Part shown: in pieces, positions 1 to 10,893 of the stretch
How the letters are laid out: each line of letters starts with the position of its first letter
Position numbering within the stretch: the stretch's first letter is position 1
Notes under the pieces: generated by a model
The model's input: only the letters and a program-made list of their open reading frames with translations
Database searches by the model: none
What the model was told of the DNA's origin: nothing
Position numbers and translations under genes: made by a program
DNA from: an uncultured cyanobacterium
Lineage (GTDB): Bacteria > Cyanobacteriota > Cyanobacteriia > Cyanobacteriales > CAWCAG01
Length of the DNA: 64,000 nucleotides
NCBI GenBank assembly: GCA_963793425.1
Contig: CAWCAG010000007.1
Span: 224,001 to 288,000 of the forward strand
Reading direction: 5' to 3'

Positions 1-374
1 TGAAACGAAGAAAAGTTGTTAACGAAAAAAAAGTAATTAGTTTACTAGCAAGCTATGGTTTTCAGCCAGTAACTATGGAGAGCAAAACCATCAAGGAACA
101 AGCTGAAATTTTTGCCCAAGCAGAAGCTATTATTGCTCCCCATGGTGCTGCTTTAACTAATTTACTCTTTATACAACCGGGAACTAAAGTAATTGAATTA
201 CTTCCCTATGGCTATACTAATAATTGTTATTATGTGATGACTGATTATGGAGGAGGGCAATACTTTTACTTACAGGGAAAATCTATTAATCAAGATAGCC
301 AGCAAATGCACAACCTTGATATTTCCCTAGATATTGCTCAACTCAAGCAGATTTGCCAATTAGCATTTTCTTAA
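1..374 (+). CDS. Glycosyltransferase family 61 (DUF563) protein, C-terminal part; the 5' end lies outside the window
   Basis: Frame is open from position 3 (KRRKVVNEKKVISLLASYGF...). EQAEIFAQAEAIIAPHGAALTNLLF and KVIEL are GT61 motifs. Confidence 0.8.
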   Translation, partial: KRRKVVNEKKVISLLASYGFQPVTMESKTIKEQAEIFAQAEAIIAPHGAALTNLLFIQPGTKVIELLPYGYTNNCYYVMTDYGGGQYFYLQGKSINQDSQQMHNLDISLDIAQLKQICQLAFS

Positions 375-392
375 AATCGAAAAGCATCTCCC

Positions 393-1286
393 ATGACTCT
401 ACCTAACTTCATAATTATAGGTGCTGCCAAATCTGGAACCACAGCTCTTTACCATTATTTAAAACAGCACCCCCAAATTTATTTAAGTCCTATTAAAGAA
501 ACTGAATTTTTTGCTTTTGAAGGAGAAGAATTAAACTTTCAAGGGCCAGGAGATTTACCCCGTGCTACTATCACTAACTTTGCCCAATACCAAGAGCAGT
601 TTCAAGGAGTAACTAACCAGATAGCTATTGGTGAAGCTTCTCCTGTTTATATTTATAGCTCCAAAGCACCGGAACGTATCAAAAGTTATTTACCGGATGT
701 TAAATTAATTGCTATTTTACGGGAGCCTGTTGAGAGAGCTTATTCTCAATATCTCATGTTTATTAGGGATCAGCGCGAACCCTTAATAGATTTTGCTCAA
801 GCAATTAAAGAGGAAGAAAATCGTCAGCAAAAAGGTTGGGCGTGGGGGTGGCGTTACTTAGAATTAGGCTTTTATTACACTCAATTAAAGCGTTACTTCG
901 ATATATTTGAACAACAACAAATCAAAGTTTATCTTTATGACGATCTGCGAGATAATCCTTCAAAAGTTATTGCCGATATTTGTGCTTTTCTAAATGTAGA
1001 TACTAGCTTTAGTCCTGATATGTCTTTTAAACCCAACATATCAGGAATACCTCAAAACGAATTACTTCATAGTTTTTTGAGAAAACCTAATGCTCTTAAG
1101 GATTTGTTTAAACCTTTTTTGCCTGCTAAGCTGCGTAAAAGTATGCGCCTTAATTTGCAAAACAGTAATCTTTCTAAACCGAAATTAGATCCAGAAGTAA
1201 AAGAGCAACTATCACCTTTATTTCGCGAAGAAGTTTTACAGCTGCAAGATTTAATTCAAAGAGACTTATCTTCTTGGCTCAATTAA
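393..1286 (+). CDS. PAPS-dependent sulfotransferase
   Basis: PNFIIIGAAKSGTTALY 5'-PSB loop; ILREPVERAYS 3'-PB motif. Confidence 0.92.
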   Translation: MTLPNFIIIGAAKSGTTALYHYLKQHPQIYLSPIKETEFFAFEGEELNFQGPGDLPRATITNFAQYQEQFQGVTNQIAIGEASPVYIYSSKAPERIKSYLPDVKLIAILREPVERAYSQYLMFIRDQREPLIDFAQAIKEEENRQQKGWAWGWRYLELGFYYTQLKRYFDIFEQQQIKVYLYDDLRDNPSKVIADICAFLNVDTSFSPDMSFKPNISGIPQNELLHSFLRKPNALKDLFKPFLPAKLRKSMRLNLQNSNLSKPKLDPEVKEQLSPLFREEVLQLQDLIQRDLSSWLN

Positions 1287-1335
1287 ACTTTTCCTCTTCT
1301 CAATCAACATCTCAATTTCAGGTCATAACTCTAAA

Positions 1336-2205
1336 ATGAATTTGCCAAATTTCCTAATTATTGGGGCAATGAAAGCGGGGACAACTTCCCTTTATAATTA
1401 CCTTGAGCAACACCCCCAAATCTACATGAGTTCTCTTAAAGAGCCAAACTTCTTTTCTTACAAAGGCAACAAGCAGCAACCTATAACTACTAAAGAAGAG
1501 TATTGTTCTTTATTCACCCAAGTGAGAGATGAAATAGCAATTGGTGAAGCTTCTACCACTTATTTATCTAGTCGCCAGGCTCCAAATAAAATCTATCAAA
1601 TGATTCCTCAAGTCAAGCTAATAGCTATTTTACGCGATCCAGCCGAAAGAGCCTATTCTCAATATCTTATGCACTATCGTAGTAAGAATTTAGTTTTAGA
1701 AGAAAAGGAGATTCTCAAAGGTTTTACTCAAAGTATTGCAGAAAAACGCCCTGGTTTAGTAGGGGGAGGAAGATATTATAATTGCTTAAAGCGGTATCTA
1801 AATGTATTTGACCCAAATCAACTCAAAATCTGTTTTTTTGAAGACTTAAAAACTCAACCTACTAGCTTGTTGCAAGAACTTTTTGCTTTCTTACAAGTGG
1901 AAAATGATTTTATTGTTACTCAATCTAGTAAGGCTTATAACTCTGGAGGAATACCCAGTAATAAAGGCATTTATAATTACTTAGAGTTCTCGAAACAGAT
2001 ATTCAACAATACCATTAAACCTCTTATTCCAAAAACTTTAATCGACCCAATTTATCAAGCTTATGTAAACTTCAGAAATGCTAACTTAGTTAAAGCACCT
2101 CCTCTTCCAGAAGTAATGCGACAGCAAGTTATTGAGGTATATCGCCCAGATATTCTTGCTTTGCAAGAGTTAGTACGACGGGATCTTGCCCACTGGTTAA
2201 AGTAA
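1336..2205 (+). CDS. PAPS-dependent sulfotransferase
   Basis: IGAMKAGTTSLY and LRDPAERAYS motifs; paralog of its neighbours. Confidence 0.92.
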   Translation: MNLPNFLIIGAMKAGTTSLYNYLEQHPQIYMSSLKEPNFFSYKGNKQQPITTKEEYCSLFTQVRDEIAIGEASTTYLSSRQAPNKIYQMIPQVKLIAILRDPAERAYSQYLMHYRSKNLVLEEKEILKGFTQSIAEKRPGLVGGGRYYNCLKRYLNVFDPNQLKICFFEDLKTQPTSLLQELFAFLQVENDFIVTQSSKAYNSGGIPSNKGIYNYLEFSKQIFNNTIKPLIPKTLIDPIYQAYVNFRNANLVKAPPLPEVMRQQVIEVYRPDILALQELVRRDLAHWLK

Positions 2206-2228
2206 TTAAAAGAAGGGGGAAGATAGTT

Positions 2229-3149
2229 ATGAAAACGAATATGCCCAACTTTCTAATCATTGGTGCAGCCAAAGCTGGGACAACCTCCCTGCATAGTTTT
2301 TTAGGTCAACATCCCCAAATCTATTTAAGTCCTGTCAAAGAGCCAAATTTCTTCGCTTTAGAAGGGGAAAAACTGGATTTTCCTGCTGGCACAATTAGCC
2401 CAGGTTATTTAGCTGAGTGTAAAACTGATCTGACGGCTTATCAAGAACAATTTCAAGGGGTTGTTAAAGAAAAAGCGATTGGAGAAGCTTCCCCAATTTA
2501 TCTTTACCATCCTCAAGCCCCTCAGCGCATTAAAAACCATCTTCCTGATGTAAAACTAATTGCTATTCTTCGCAACCCAGTAGAAAGAGCTTATTCTAAT
2601 TTCTTACATCATATTCGAGAAGGTTTTGAAACTTATACGGAATTTGCTGAGGCTTTAAAAGTAGAAGAGCAACGCAGACAAGAAAATTGGTGGTGGGGAT
2701 TTTATTATCTTCAAGGAGGATTCTATTATCAACAACTGCAAAGATATTTCCAACTTTTTGAACCTCAACAAATTAAAGTTTATCTTTACGAAGATTTAAA
2801 AACTCAACCGGTTAAATTGCTTCAAGATATTTTTCAATTTTTAGACGTAAATGCTAATTTCAGCCCTGATACTTCTGCACAATATAATGTCGGTGGTGTA
2901 CCTAAAAATCAAACTTGGTATCGTTTTCTCACCACCAAAAACCCTTTAAAAGAACCTCTCAAACTACTGTTTCCCGCCGAACTACGTAAAAGTTTAGTAC
3001 TAAAGTTAAAAAATAAAGCCTTAGCTAAACCCCAAATATCTCCAGCAACTCACGCTCAACTCACCGCAGAATACCGTGAGGATATCTTAAAATTACAAGA
3101 CTTAATCGGGCAGGATCTTTCATCTTGGTTAGAGCAGGGGGAAAGATGA
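2229..3149 (+). CDS. PAPS-dependent sulfotransferase
   Basis: IGAAKAGTTSLH and LRNPVERAYS motifs. Confidence 0.92.
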   Translation: MKTNMPNFLIIGAAKAGTTSLHSFLGQHPQIYLSPVKEPNFFALEGEKLDFPAGTISPGYLAECKTDLTAYQEQFQGVVKEKAIGEASPIYLYHPQAPQRIKNHLPDVKLIAILRNPVERAYSNFLHHIREGFETYTEFAEALKVEEQRRQENWWWGFYYLQGGFYYQQLQRYFQLFEPQQIKVYLYEDLKTQPVKLLQDIFQFLDVNANFSPDTSAQYNVGGVPKNQTWYRFLTTKNPLKEPLKLLFPAELRKSLVLKLKNKALAKPQISPATHAQLTAEYREDILKLQDLIGQDLSSWLEQGER

Positions 3150-4390
3150 AAACTTTACTTCTTAGTACTGATGATATCCAAGGGGGTGCAGCCAGGGCAG
3201 CTTATCGCTTGCATCAAGGTTTGCAGAAAGCAGGGGTAAATTCCCAGATGCTAGTCAAGGAAAAATCTAGCCAAGATCCTACAGTTATTGCTCCTGCAAC
3301 CAAACTAGCAGAAGGCATCGCGAAAACGAAACAAACCTTTGCTGCTTTACCCCTCAAACTTTACTCCCAAAGGCAAGGCACCACCTTTTCTACCCAGTGG
3401 TTGCCTGACAACATTGTACCTCAAGTTGCTCAAATTAATCCCGATGTGATTAACTTACATTGGATCAACAATAGCTATATGCAAATTGAAACCTTGGGGA
3501 AATTAAAACGACCTCTGGTTTGGAGTTTGCACGATATGTGGGCATTTACTGGCGGATGTCATTACAATCAAGAATGTGATCGTTACACAAATTCCTGCGG
3601 TAGCTGTCCTCAACTAGGTAGCAACCAAGACTGGGATCTCTCCCGTTGGATTTGGCGACGCAAGGTCAAAGCTTGGCAAAATATTAACTTAACCATCGTC
3701 GCTTTAACTTCCTGGTTAGCTAGTTGTGCTGCTTCAAGTTCCCTCTTTAAGCAACAGCGTATTGAAATCATTCCTAATGGCATAGATACAAATATATATC
3801 GCCCCATCCCCCGCCAGTTAGCACGAGAAGCCCTTAATTTGCCCCAAGATAAAGAATTACTCCTCTTTGGCTCCCTCAACGCCACCAGCGACAAACGCAA
3901 GGGCTTTCACTTGTTGCAAGCTGCCCTCCAAGACTTAAGAAAAGATACCTTGGAATTAGTGGTTTTTGGAGCTTCCGAACCAGAAAATCCCCCTGACTTG
4001 GGTTTTAAAACCCATTACTTAGGAACATTCGCCGACGATCTTTCCTTAGCCCTAATCTACTCAGCAGCAGATGTCTTCGTCTTACCATCTGTGCAAGACA
4101 ACTTACCCAACACCATCATGGAAGCGATCGCCTGCGGTACTCCTTGCTTAGGATTCAATATTGGGGGTTTACCAGACATGATTGAGCATCACGGTAATGG
4201 TTACTTAGCCCAACCCTTCAACATTGAAGACTTAGCCCAAGGGATTACTTGGTTGCTAGAAAACCGCGAGAGACATCAAAAGCTTTGCCATCGTGCCAGG
4301 GAAAAAGCCGAACAAGAGTTTACCCTAGAATTGCAAGCACAGCGCTACCTGAAACTTTTTCGGGAACTTGTCGAGGAGGAAAGCAAGTGA
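3146..4390 (+). CDS. Glycosyltransferase family 4 (WcaC-like)
   Basis: GGAARAAYRLH, WSLHDMWAFTGGCHY, DNLPNTIMEAIACGTP. ATG 3146 overlaps the upstream TGA (ATGA). Confidence 0.9.
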   Translation: MKTLLLSTDDIQGGAARAAYRLHQGLQKAGVNSQMLVKEKSSQDPTVIAPATKLAEGIAKTKQTFAALPLKLYSQRQGTTFSTQWLPDNIVPQVAQINPDVINLHWINNSYMQIETLGKLKRPLVWSLHDMWAFTGGCHYNQECDRYTNSCGSCPQLGSNQDWDLSRWIWRRKVKAWQNINLTIVALTSWLASCAASSSLFKQQRIEIIPNGIDTNIYRPIPRQLAREALNLPQDKELLLFGSLNATSDKRKGFHLLQAALQDLRKDTLELVVFGASEPENPPDLGFKTHYLGTFADDLSLALIYSAADVFVLPSVQDNLPNTIMEAIACGTPCLGFNIGGLPDMIEHHGNGYLAQPFNIEDLAQGITWLLENRERHQKLCHRAREKAEQEFTLELQAQRYLKLFRELVEEESK

Positions 4391-5655
4391 GAATAAAAAC
4401 CAGCTTACTCCAATATTTAGCTAAGTTCGAGCCATTATTGGTCACCTCATTGCTCGTATTTTACGCTGGGGTTAGTTTACCATCTCCTTTTGGTTCCCCT
4501 TGGGCAAAACTAATGAAGTTGTCTTCTTACTTCCTAGTGCCTCTCCTAGCTTTAATCCGCTGGAAAAAATGTTTATACCTTGCCACTAAAGATATTCCCC
4601 TGCTGCTCTTAACAGGGCTAGCTTTACTATCTTATTTTTGGTCTGCTGCCCCAGCAGACACCCTTAATTTTGGCAGGGCCTTAGCCCGTACTACCGTCTT
4701 TGGTATCTATCTAGCAGCCTGCTATAGTCCTAAAGAACAAATGCGTATGACCACTTGGGCTTTAGTAATAGCTAGCATCATAAGTCTGGGTATGTGTATT
4801 GCTATGCCTTCCACTGCTATTAGCAACGATGGTCTTTGGAAAGGAGCTTTCAACCACAAAAATACTATGGCTCGGCTGATGGCTTTGGCAACTTTGCTAT
4901 TTGTCTCAGTAAGTATAGAGGCAAAAAAGCAGCGCTGGCTACCTTGGTTGATGGTTTTGCTCGGATTTTTCCTACTTGTGCAAACCCAAGGTAAAACTTC
5001 CCTAGTTATGTTTGTGTTTGGTTTGTGCTTATTGCCTTTTTACTATGCCGTAAAGCAAAAATATAAGTTTAGAACTGTACTTATACTTTTTGGCATAGTT
5101 GCAGGGGGGGCAATTGCTTTGTGGCTAGCCAACAACCTAGAAGCAATTATTGTCGATGGTTTGGGCAAAGATATGACCTTGAGTGGACGAAGTGAACTTT
5201 GGGATGCAATCATTTATCGGGGTATGCAAAGACCTTGGTTGGGTTATGGCTTTGCTGGCTTTTGGAACAACCGTCAAGAAGCTTTTTCGATTGGTGTGAT
5301 GGTTTCTTGGTTTGGTACAGAAGGTAAAGGTCATGCCCATAGCGGTTTTGTTGATCTGTTTGTACAAGTCGGTTTTGTCGGTATTGGTCTTTACGTTTTG
5401 AGTTTGCTAACTTTTTTGGGGAGGATTATTAACTTATTAAACAACACAGGAAAAATAGAATATTTCTGGTTTCTTCAATTTACAGTTATTAGTTGTTTAT
5501 TCAACTATACTTTAACTCAGACTATTCTCAATCAAAGCGATTTAATTTGGCTTTTATATGTTGCTTATGCCTTTTCTACAGCTTTGCAACAAGAACGCCT
5601 AGACAGAACTCGCCACTTAATGGCAAGCAAACAAAAACAAATGCTAACTAGCTAA
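4387..5655 (+). CDS. O-antigen ligase/Wzy-like polymerase (ExoQ-like membrane protein)
   Basis: Multi-TM protein with GAFNHKNTMA, TLSGRSELW, RPWLGYG and HAHSG motifs. GTG 4387 overlaps the upstream stop. Confidence 0.85.
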   Translation: MRIKTSLLQYLAKFEPLLVTSLLVFYAGVSLPSPFGSPWAKLMKLSSYFLVPLLALIRWKKCLYLATKDIPLLLLTGLALLSYFWSAAPADTLNFGRALARTTVFGIYLAACYSPKEQMRMTTWALVIASIISLGMCIAMPSTAISNDGLWKGAFNHKNTMARLMALATLLFVSVSIEAKKQRWLPWLMVLLGFFLLVQTQGKTSLVMFVFGLCLLPFYYAVKQKYKFRTVLILFGIVAGGAIALWLANNLEAIIVDGLGKDMTLSGRSELWDAIIYRGMQRPWLGYGFAGFWNNRQEAFSIGVMVSWFGTEGKGHAHSGFVDLFVQVGFVGIGLYVLSLLTFLGRIINLLNNTGKIEYFWFLQFTVISCLFNYTLTQTILNQSDLIWLLYVAYAFSTALQQERLDRTRHLMASKQKQMLTS

Positions 5656-5676
5656 ACTAAATTATAACCAGGAGTT

Positions 5677-6738
5677 ATGTGCATGAAAGTATTAGTAACA
5701 GGATCAAGCGGTTTAATTGGCTCTGAAGCTGTGGCCTATTACGACCAACAAGGTCATGAAGTAATTGGTGCAGATAATAATATGAGGGCGGAGTTTTTTG
5801 GTAAACAAGGAGATACGACTTGGAATCTTAATCGCCTTAAAGAAGTTAGTAAGAACTTTACTCATTACAACCTTGATATCCGTGATCGCGAAGGGGTTTT
5901 TGAGTTATTTAAAAACAATCCCCTTGATTTGATTATTCACTGTGCGGCACAACCTTCCCATGATAAAGCTTGTGAAATTCCTCTGTTAGATTTTGAAGTT
6001 AATGCTTTGGGTACTGTGAATTTGTTGGAGGCAACCAGGCAGTTTTGCCCAGAAGCTGTTTTTATCCACATGAGTACCAACAAAGTTTATGGTGATGCCC
6101 CCAATGAAGTACCAAGGGTAGAGTTAGAAAAACGCTACGATTATGCTAACCCAGAAGATCAGGATGGGATTTCTGAAGAGTGTCGCATTGATCGTTGCTT
6201 GCACTCTCTATTTGGGGCTTCTAAAGTGGCTGCGGATGTAGTTGCCCAAGAATATGGTCGCTACTTCGGCATCAAAACAGGTATTTTTCGAGGGGGTTGT
6301 TTAACTGGCCCTTCCCACTCTGGGGTTGAGCTTCATGGCTTTCTTTCCTATTTGGTCAAGGTGGGAGTTACCGGGGGAACTTACAAAGTATTTGGTTATA
6401 AAGGTAAGCAAGTGCGGGACAACATCCACAGTTACGATGTTATTCAAGCCTTTGAAGCCTTTCGCCGCAATCCCAAACCAGGAGAGGTTTATAACTTAGG
6501 AGGAGGCCGAGGCAACAGCGTCTCTGTGTTAGAAGCTTTTGATCGGGTGGGGGATTTAGTCGGTAAAAAGATGAACTGGACTTATGTAGATAAAAACCGC
6601 ATTGGAGATCATCTTTGTTACATTTCCGATTTAAGCAAACTAAAAGAACATTTTCCTGACTGGGGTATTACCCGTAGCTTGACGGATATTCTTGAAGAGA
6701 TGGTTGCAGTGGAGCAAAAAAGATATGCCCAAGTTTAG
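5677..6738 (+). CDS. NAD-dependent nucleotide-sugar epimerase/dehydratase (RfbE/CDP-tyvelose epimerase-like SDR)
   Basis: TGSSGLIG Rossmann motif, [21 protein letters not shown]. Confidence 0.85.
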   Translation: MCMKVLVTGSSGLIGSEAVAYYDQQGHEVIGADNNMRAEFFGKQGDTTWNLNRLKEVSKNFTHYNLDIRDREGVFELFKNNPLDLIIHCAAQPSHDKACEIPLLDFEVNALGTVNLLEATRQFCPEAVFIHMSTNKVYGDAPNEVPRVELEKRYDYANPEDQDGISEECRIDRCLHSLFGASKVAADVVAQEYGRYFGIKTGIFRGGCLTGPSHSGVELHGFLSYLVKVGVTGGTYKVFGYKGKQVRDNIHSYDVIQAFEAFRRNPKPGEVYNLGGGRGNSVSVLEAFDRVGDLVGKKMNWTYVDKNRIGDHLCYISDLSKLKEHFPDWGITRSLTDILEEMVAVEQKRYAQV

Positions 6739-7939
6739 GGAGCGTAACATACTTCTTTTTGATCTGTTTTCAACAGGACATCATGCTGGCTATCTCCTCC
6801 ATCTAATTAAACATTGGCAAGAGGTAGGCTTACCTGGCAGTTTGCAGGTGTTGGTAACTCCTGAATTTATCCAATCCCATCCCGATGTGGTTGCAGCCGC
6901 AAACTCAGAAGTCAACTTGGTTACGATCACCCCTGAAGAAACAGGACAGCTTAAATCGGAACAATCTAGCCGGGATCGCCTAACCCGTAGTTTCCAAGAA
7001 TGGGACTTGTTGCAAAAGTATGCCCTAGAGTTGCAGCCAACTCATTGTTTACTGATGTACCTCGACTCTATCCTGTTAGCTTTAGCTATAAAAGGGCAAC
7101 TTCCTTGTGCGGTATCAGGAATTTACTTTCGCCCCATCTTCCACTATGGGGGGTTTGCAGATTTCCAGTCTTCTTGGAAGGAACGCATTTTGCAAGGGCG
7201 CGATCGCCTGATTCTTTCACAGTTATTAGGAAAAAAGCAATTTAAAACTCTTTTTTGTCTTGATCCTTTTGCTGTAGAAAAAATTGACCAATTTAACAGC
7301 CAGGTTCAACCGCTCTATTTAGCTGATCCTGTACAAATATATCAGCATTCTGATGCTAAATTGCAGGAACTTCAAGCAACTTTGGCTTTACCAGAAAAGC
7401 GGAAAGTTTTTCTCATGTTTGGAGTACCTCAACCCCGTAAAGGTATTTACCAATTATTAGAAGCGATCGCTTTATTACCTAGTAATTTAGCTGAGAAATT
7501 TTGTCTGTTATTAGTGGGTCCAAAAAGTGAAGATCCCTTTATTCATAATCGTATCTCGCAACTGCAAAAAGACCTACCCATAAAAGTAGTCAAACGGGAG
7601 AAATTTATTCAAGACGAAGAAATTCAGCCTTACTTCCAACTAGCTGATGTTATTCTTGCCCCCTATCAACGCCACATTGGTATGAGTGCTATCTTAGTCC
7701 GTGCTGCGGCGGCTCAAAAACTTGTACTTAGTTGTAATTATGGTCTGATGGGGGAGATGGTCAAACGCTATGAATTAGGTACAACAGTCGATGCTAGTTC
7801 TCCAGGGGAAATTGCTAAAGGTATAACTCAGTTTCTCCAACAACCTGAAGAAAAGATTGGCAATTTATCTAGTATAAAATCTTTTGCTCAAATTAATACA
7901 GCAGAAAACTTTGCTAAAACTATTTTTAATAATTTATAG
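6725..7939 (+). CDS. Glycosyltransferase (GT-B fold, family 4-like)
   Basis: [34 protein letters not shown]. Likely start is ATG 6725. Confidence 0.8.
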   Translation: MPKFRERNILLFDLFSTGHHAGYLLHLIKHWQEVGLPGSLQVLVTPEFIQSHPDVVAAANSEVNLVTITPEETGQLKSEQSSRDRLTRSFQEWDLLQKYALELQPTHCLLMYLDSILLALAIKGQLPCAVSGIYFRPIFHYGGFADFQSSWKERILQGRDRLILSQLLGKKQFKTLFCLDPFAVEKIDQFNSQVQPLYLADPVQIYQHSDAKLQELQATLALPEKRKVFLMFGVPQPRKGIYQLLEAIALLPSNLAEKFCLLLVGPKSEDPFIHNRISQLQKDLPIKVVKREKFIQDEEIQPYFQLADVILAPYQRHIGMSAILVRAAAAQKLVLSCNYGLMGEMVKRYELGTTVDASSPGEIAKGITQFLQQPEEKIGNLSSIKSFAQINTAENFAKTIFNNL

Positions 7940-7958
7940 CTCCTCATCTACTTAAATA

Positions 7959-9125
7959 ATGAAAATTCTTTTCTTAACGACAATTCTCTTAAGTAAAAAT
8001 AGAAATGGCGGTGAAGTTGCTTCCCAATGTTTTATTGATGGTTTGAGAGAAGGAGGACATGAAGTTAAAGTAGTTGGTTATCTTCGTAAAGGAGATATCT
8101 TGGAACATAATTCTCAAAATACTATTGTTGTTGAGGAACGTTACACAGAAACTAGCAAAAATAAAGTTTATCCCCTAATTTGGTTTATCTTGAGTATTTT
8201 GCTCAATTTACCCTATTCTGCTGCTAAGTATTATTCAAGTAAATATAAGCAGATTGTCAAACAACTTCTAGCTACTGATAAATACGATTTAGTAATTATC
8301 GACCATTCTCAACTCAGTTGGCTAAAAAATGTAGTTAATTCTCAAACTAAGTTGATCTTTGTTGCTCATAATATTGAACACGAAAACTATCAAGAAAATT
8401 CTCGCAATGCTAGTAACTTAGTTGCTAAGTCGGTTTATCAAAGAGAGGCTACTTTGATGGCGAAACAAGAAAACAAACTAGCAATGAAAGCAGAGCAAGT
8501 TTGGACATTAACTCATTATGATGCTAAATACTTTGCTAAATTCAAAAGTACCAATCAAGTTAAAGTATTTTCTCTTCCCCCTAGTAAGGGTAAATTACCA
8601 AACAAACCCCCTAAAAAACAATGTGATATAGGTCTTTTAGCCAGTTGGTCATGGCAAGCTAATCGAGAAGCTTTACAATGGTTTCTAGACAAAGTTTATC
8701 CTCTTCTACCTACGGACTTTTCCATTCAAGTTGCGGGCAAAGGTGCGGAATGGTTAAAAGAAAAATATCCTCAAATCCACTATTTAGGAGTAGTGCCAGA
8801 TGCCCAAGAATTTATGGCACAGGCTAAGGTATTTGCAATTCCTACTCTCAGTGGTGGTGGTATTCAAATCAAAACTTTAGATGCCCTTGCTTCGGGTTCA
8901 ATTATTGTTGCTACTCCAGTAGGTTTAAGAGGAATTGATAACTTGCCGGCAACAGTCAAAGTAGCCCAAAACCCTGAAGAATTTGCTCATTGTCTCAAAA
9001 CAGCCGTTACTTCGCCAACTTCAGATCAGGCTTTTGCTGAGTCTCGACATTGGTCTTATCAGCGACAAGAGCAGTTTAATAAAGAGTTAATGCAAGGGAT
9101 AAACGAACAAACACTGAAAATGTAA
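7959..9125 (+). CDS. Glycosyltransferase family 4
   Basis: NGGE, HNIEH, WQANREALQWF, GGGIQIKTLDALASG. Confidence 0.82.
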   Translation: MKILFLTTILLSKNRNGGEVASQCFIDGLREGGHEVKVVGYLRKGDILEHNSQNTIVVEERYTETSKNKVYPLIWFILSILLNLPYSAAKYYSSKYKQIVKQLLATDKYDLVIIDHSQLSWLKNVVNSQTKLIFVAHNIEHENYQENSRNASNLVAKSVYQREATLMAKQENKLAMKAEQVWTLTHYDAKYFAKFKSTNQVKVFSLPPSKGKLPNKPPKKQCDIGLLASWSWQANREALQWFLDKVYPLLPTDFSIQVAGKGAEWLKEKYPQIHYLGVVPDAQEFMAQAKVFAIPTLSGGGIQIKTLDALASGSIIVATPVGLRGIDNLPATVKVAQNPEEFAHCLKTAVTSPTSDQAFAESRHWSYQRQEQFNKELMQGINEQTLKM

Positions 9126-9188
9126 AGCGCTTTACTTTGCGTTCAACTACTATTTAATTGGTAAGTTACTTTAAAGAGAGGTAGTACA

Positions 9189-9935
9189 ATGCGGGTCAAT
9201 ATATGCGGGGTGAGTATTGACCAATACTCTTTTAATGAGGTTGTGGACATTATTGTCCAACAGGCTATTGCTGGTACTGAACCAGAATATGTAGTTACTC
9301 CCAATGCTCAACATTTGGTAACACTACAAAAAGACGCTGAATTCCAGGAAATATATCGCCATGCTTTCTTAGTCGTACCCGATGGTGTCCCTTTGCTTTG
9401 GGCAGCAAATTGCTTGGAAACCCCTTTACAAGGCCGTGTTAACGGCACGGATCTATTTGAAAGTTTGTGTGCTGTTGCCCCGGAAAAGGACTTAAAAGTA
9501 TTTCTCTTAGGAGGTCGTCCTGGGGCAGCAGAGGATGCTGCCAAACTTTTACAAGCTCGACACCCTGGGTTACAGATTTCAGGTACTTACTGCCCTCCCT
9601 ACGGCTTTGAAAACGATGCTGTTGAGTTAAGCAAGATCAACCAAATGATTAAGGACGCTGCACCACAACTCCTTTTTGTTGGTTTAGGCGCACCGAAACA
9701 AGAAAAGTGGATTTATGCTCATTATCAAGAACTAAAAGTACCAGTTTCTCTTGGTATTGGTGTTAGTTTTGAGTTAGTTGCGGGAACAGTACAAAGAGCG
9801 CCTAAGTGGATGCAAAAGACAGGATTAGAGTGGTTTTTCCGCTTGTTGGTGGAACCAGGCCGCCTTTGGAAGCGTTATATTTTTGGTAATACTCTTTTCC
9901 TTTGGTTAGTTTTGAAGCAACGTTTTTCTCTCTAG
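9189..9935 (+). CDS. WecB/TagA/CpsF family glycosyltransferase
   Basis: VVTPN, PDGVPLLW, RVNGTDL, VGLGAPKQEKW, RAPKWMQKTGLEWFFRL. Confidence 0.93.
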   Translation: MRVNICGVSIDQYSFNEVVDIIVQQAIAGTEPEYVVTPNAQHLVTLQKDAEFQEIYRHAFLVVPDGVPLLWAANCLETPLQGRVNGTDLFESLCAVAPEKDLKVFLLGGRPGAAEDAAKLLQARHPGLQISGTYCPPYGFENDAVELSKINQMIKDAAPQLLFVGLGAPKQEKWIYAHYQELKVPVSLGIGVSFELVAGTVQRAPKWMQKTGLEWFFRLLVEPGRLWKRYIFGNTLFLWLVLKQRFSL

Positions 9936-10100
9936 AAAAATTGAATTTATAACTTTGCAAGTTTGTAAAATAACCTTGAAAAAAGAAATAAAGTAATTAA
10001 CTTTTGTCGATTATTATTGGGATAGATAATCGACTCGCTATTGAAAAGGCAATCTTCATTATCCAACTGAACCTCAAACTTATCAAGAAGGTAAGAAGAC

Positions 10101-10718
10101 ATGAATAAAGCTAAAGTATTTTGTGTTGGCTTCCATAAAACAGGAACTAGTAGCCTATCTAATGCCCTAACTAAATTAGGCTATCGTGTTCGCACTTGCG
10201 GCCCGTTTGTTGTTGATTTTGAAACTCGAAATAGGGTTTGTGAGGCGGCTTTTGCTGAGGTGGAGAAATATGACGCATTTCAAGACAATCCTTGGCCTAT
10301 TATTTATCAAGAATTAGATCAAAAGTACCCTGGTAGCAAATTCATCCTTACTACAAGACCTACAGATAAATGGATTAAAAGTGTTGTTGGATATTTTGGC
10401 TCTAAAGATAGCTCTATGAGAAAGTGGATTTATGGAGTTGGTCATCCTGAAGGACATGAAGATGTTTATCTTGAACGTTACGAACGCCACTACCGAGAAG
10501 TGAGAGAGTATTTTCAAAATAGACCTGAAGATATCTTGGAAATTAGTATAACTGAAGGAGAAAGATGGGAAAAATTGTGTCCTTTTCTCGATAAAGAAAT
10601 ACCTGATTTTGACTTTCCTTATACTAATAAGCAAGAAAATAAATATAAATCAAAAATGACTAACCTGAAGAAGAAGATTACCAAAAAAATACAATCTCTT
10701 AGCTCAAAATTAAGTTAA
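10101..10718 (+). CDS. Sulfotransferase-family protein (short Sulfotransfer_4-like type)
   Basis: VGFHKTGTSSL, QDNPW, SKFILTTR, WEKLCPFL, FPYTN. Confidence 0.8.
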   Translation: MNKAKVFCVGFHKTGTSSLSNALTKLGYRVRTCGPFVVDFETRNRVCEAAFAEVEKYDAFQDNPWPIIYQELDQKYPGSKFILTTRPTDKWIKSVVGYFGSKDSSMRKWIYGVGHPEGHEDVYLERYERHYREVREYFQNRPEDILEISITEGERWEKLCPFLDKEIPDFDFPYTNKQENKYKSKMTNLKKKITKKIQSLSSKLS

Positions 10719-10893
10719 TATAATAAATATTTTCAAGGAGAGAAAATACATCTTTTCTCCTCTTTCATTTTTCTTTCAAAAACAACTAAAAGAATTCACT
10801 GAATCTTTATAAAAAGAGCCTCAGTCTTCATCCCGTTTTCATATGAATCAGCAGATAATGTGACCAACAACTTCCTGATCTGCTCTAATTATT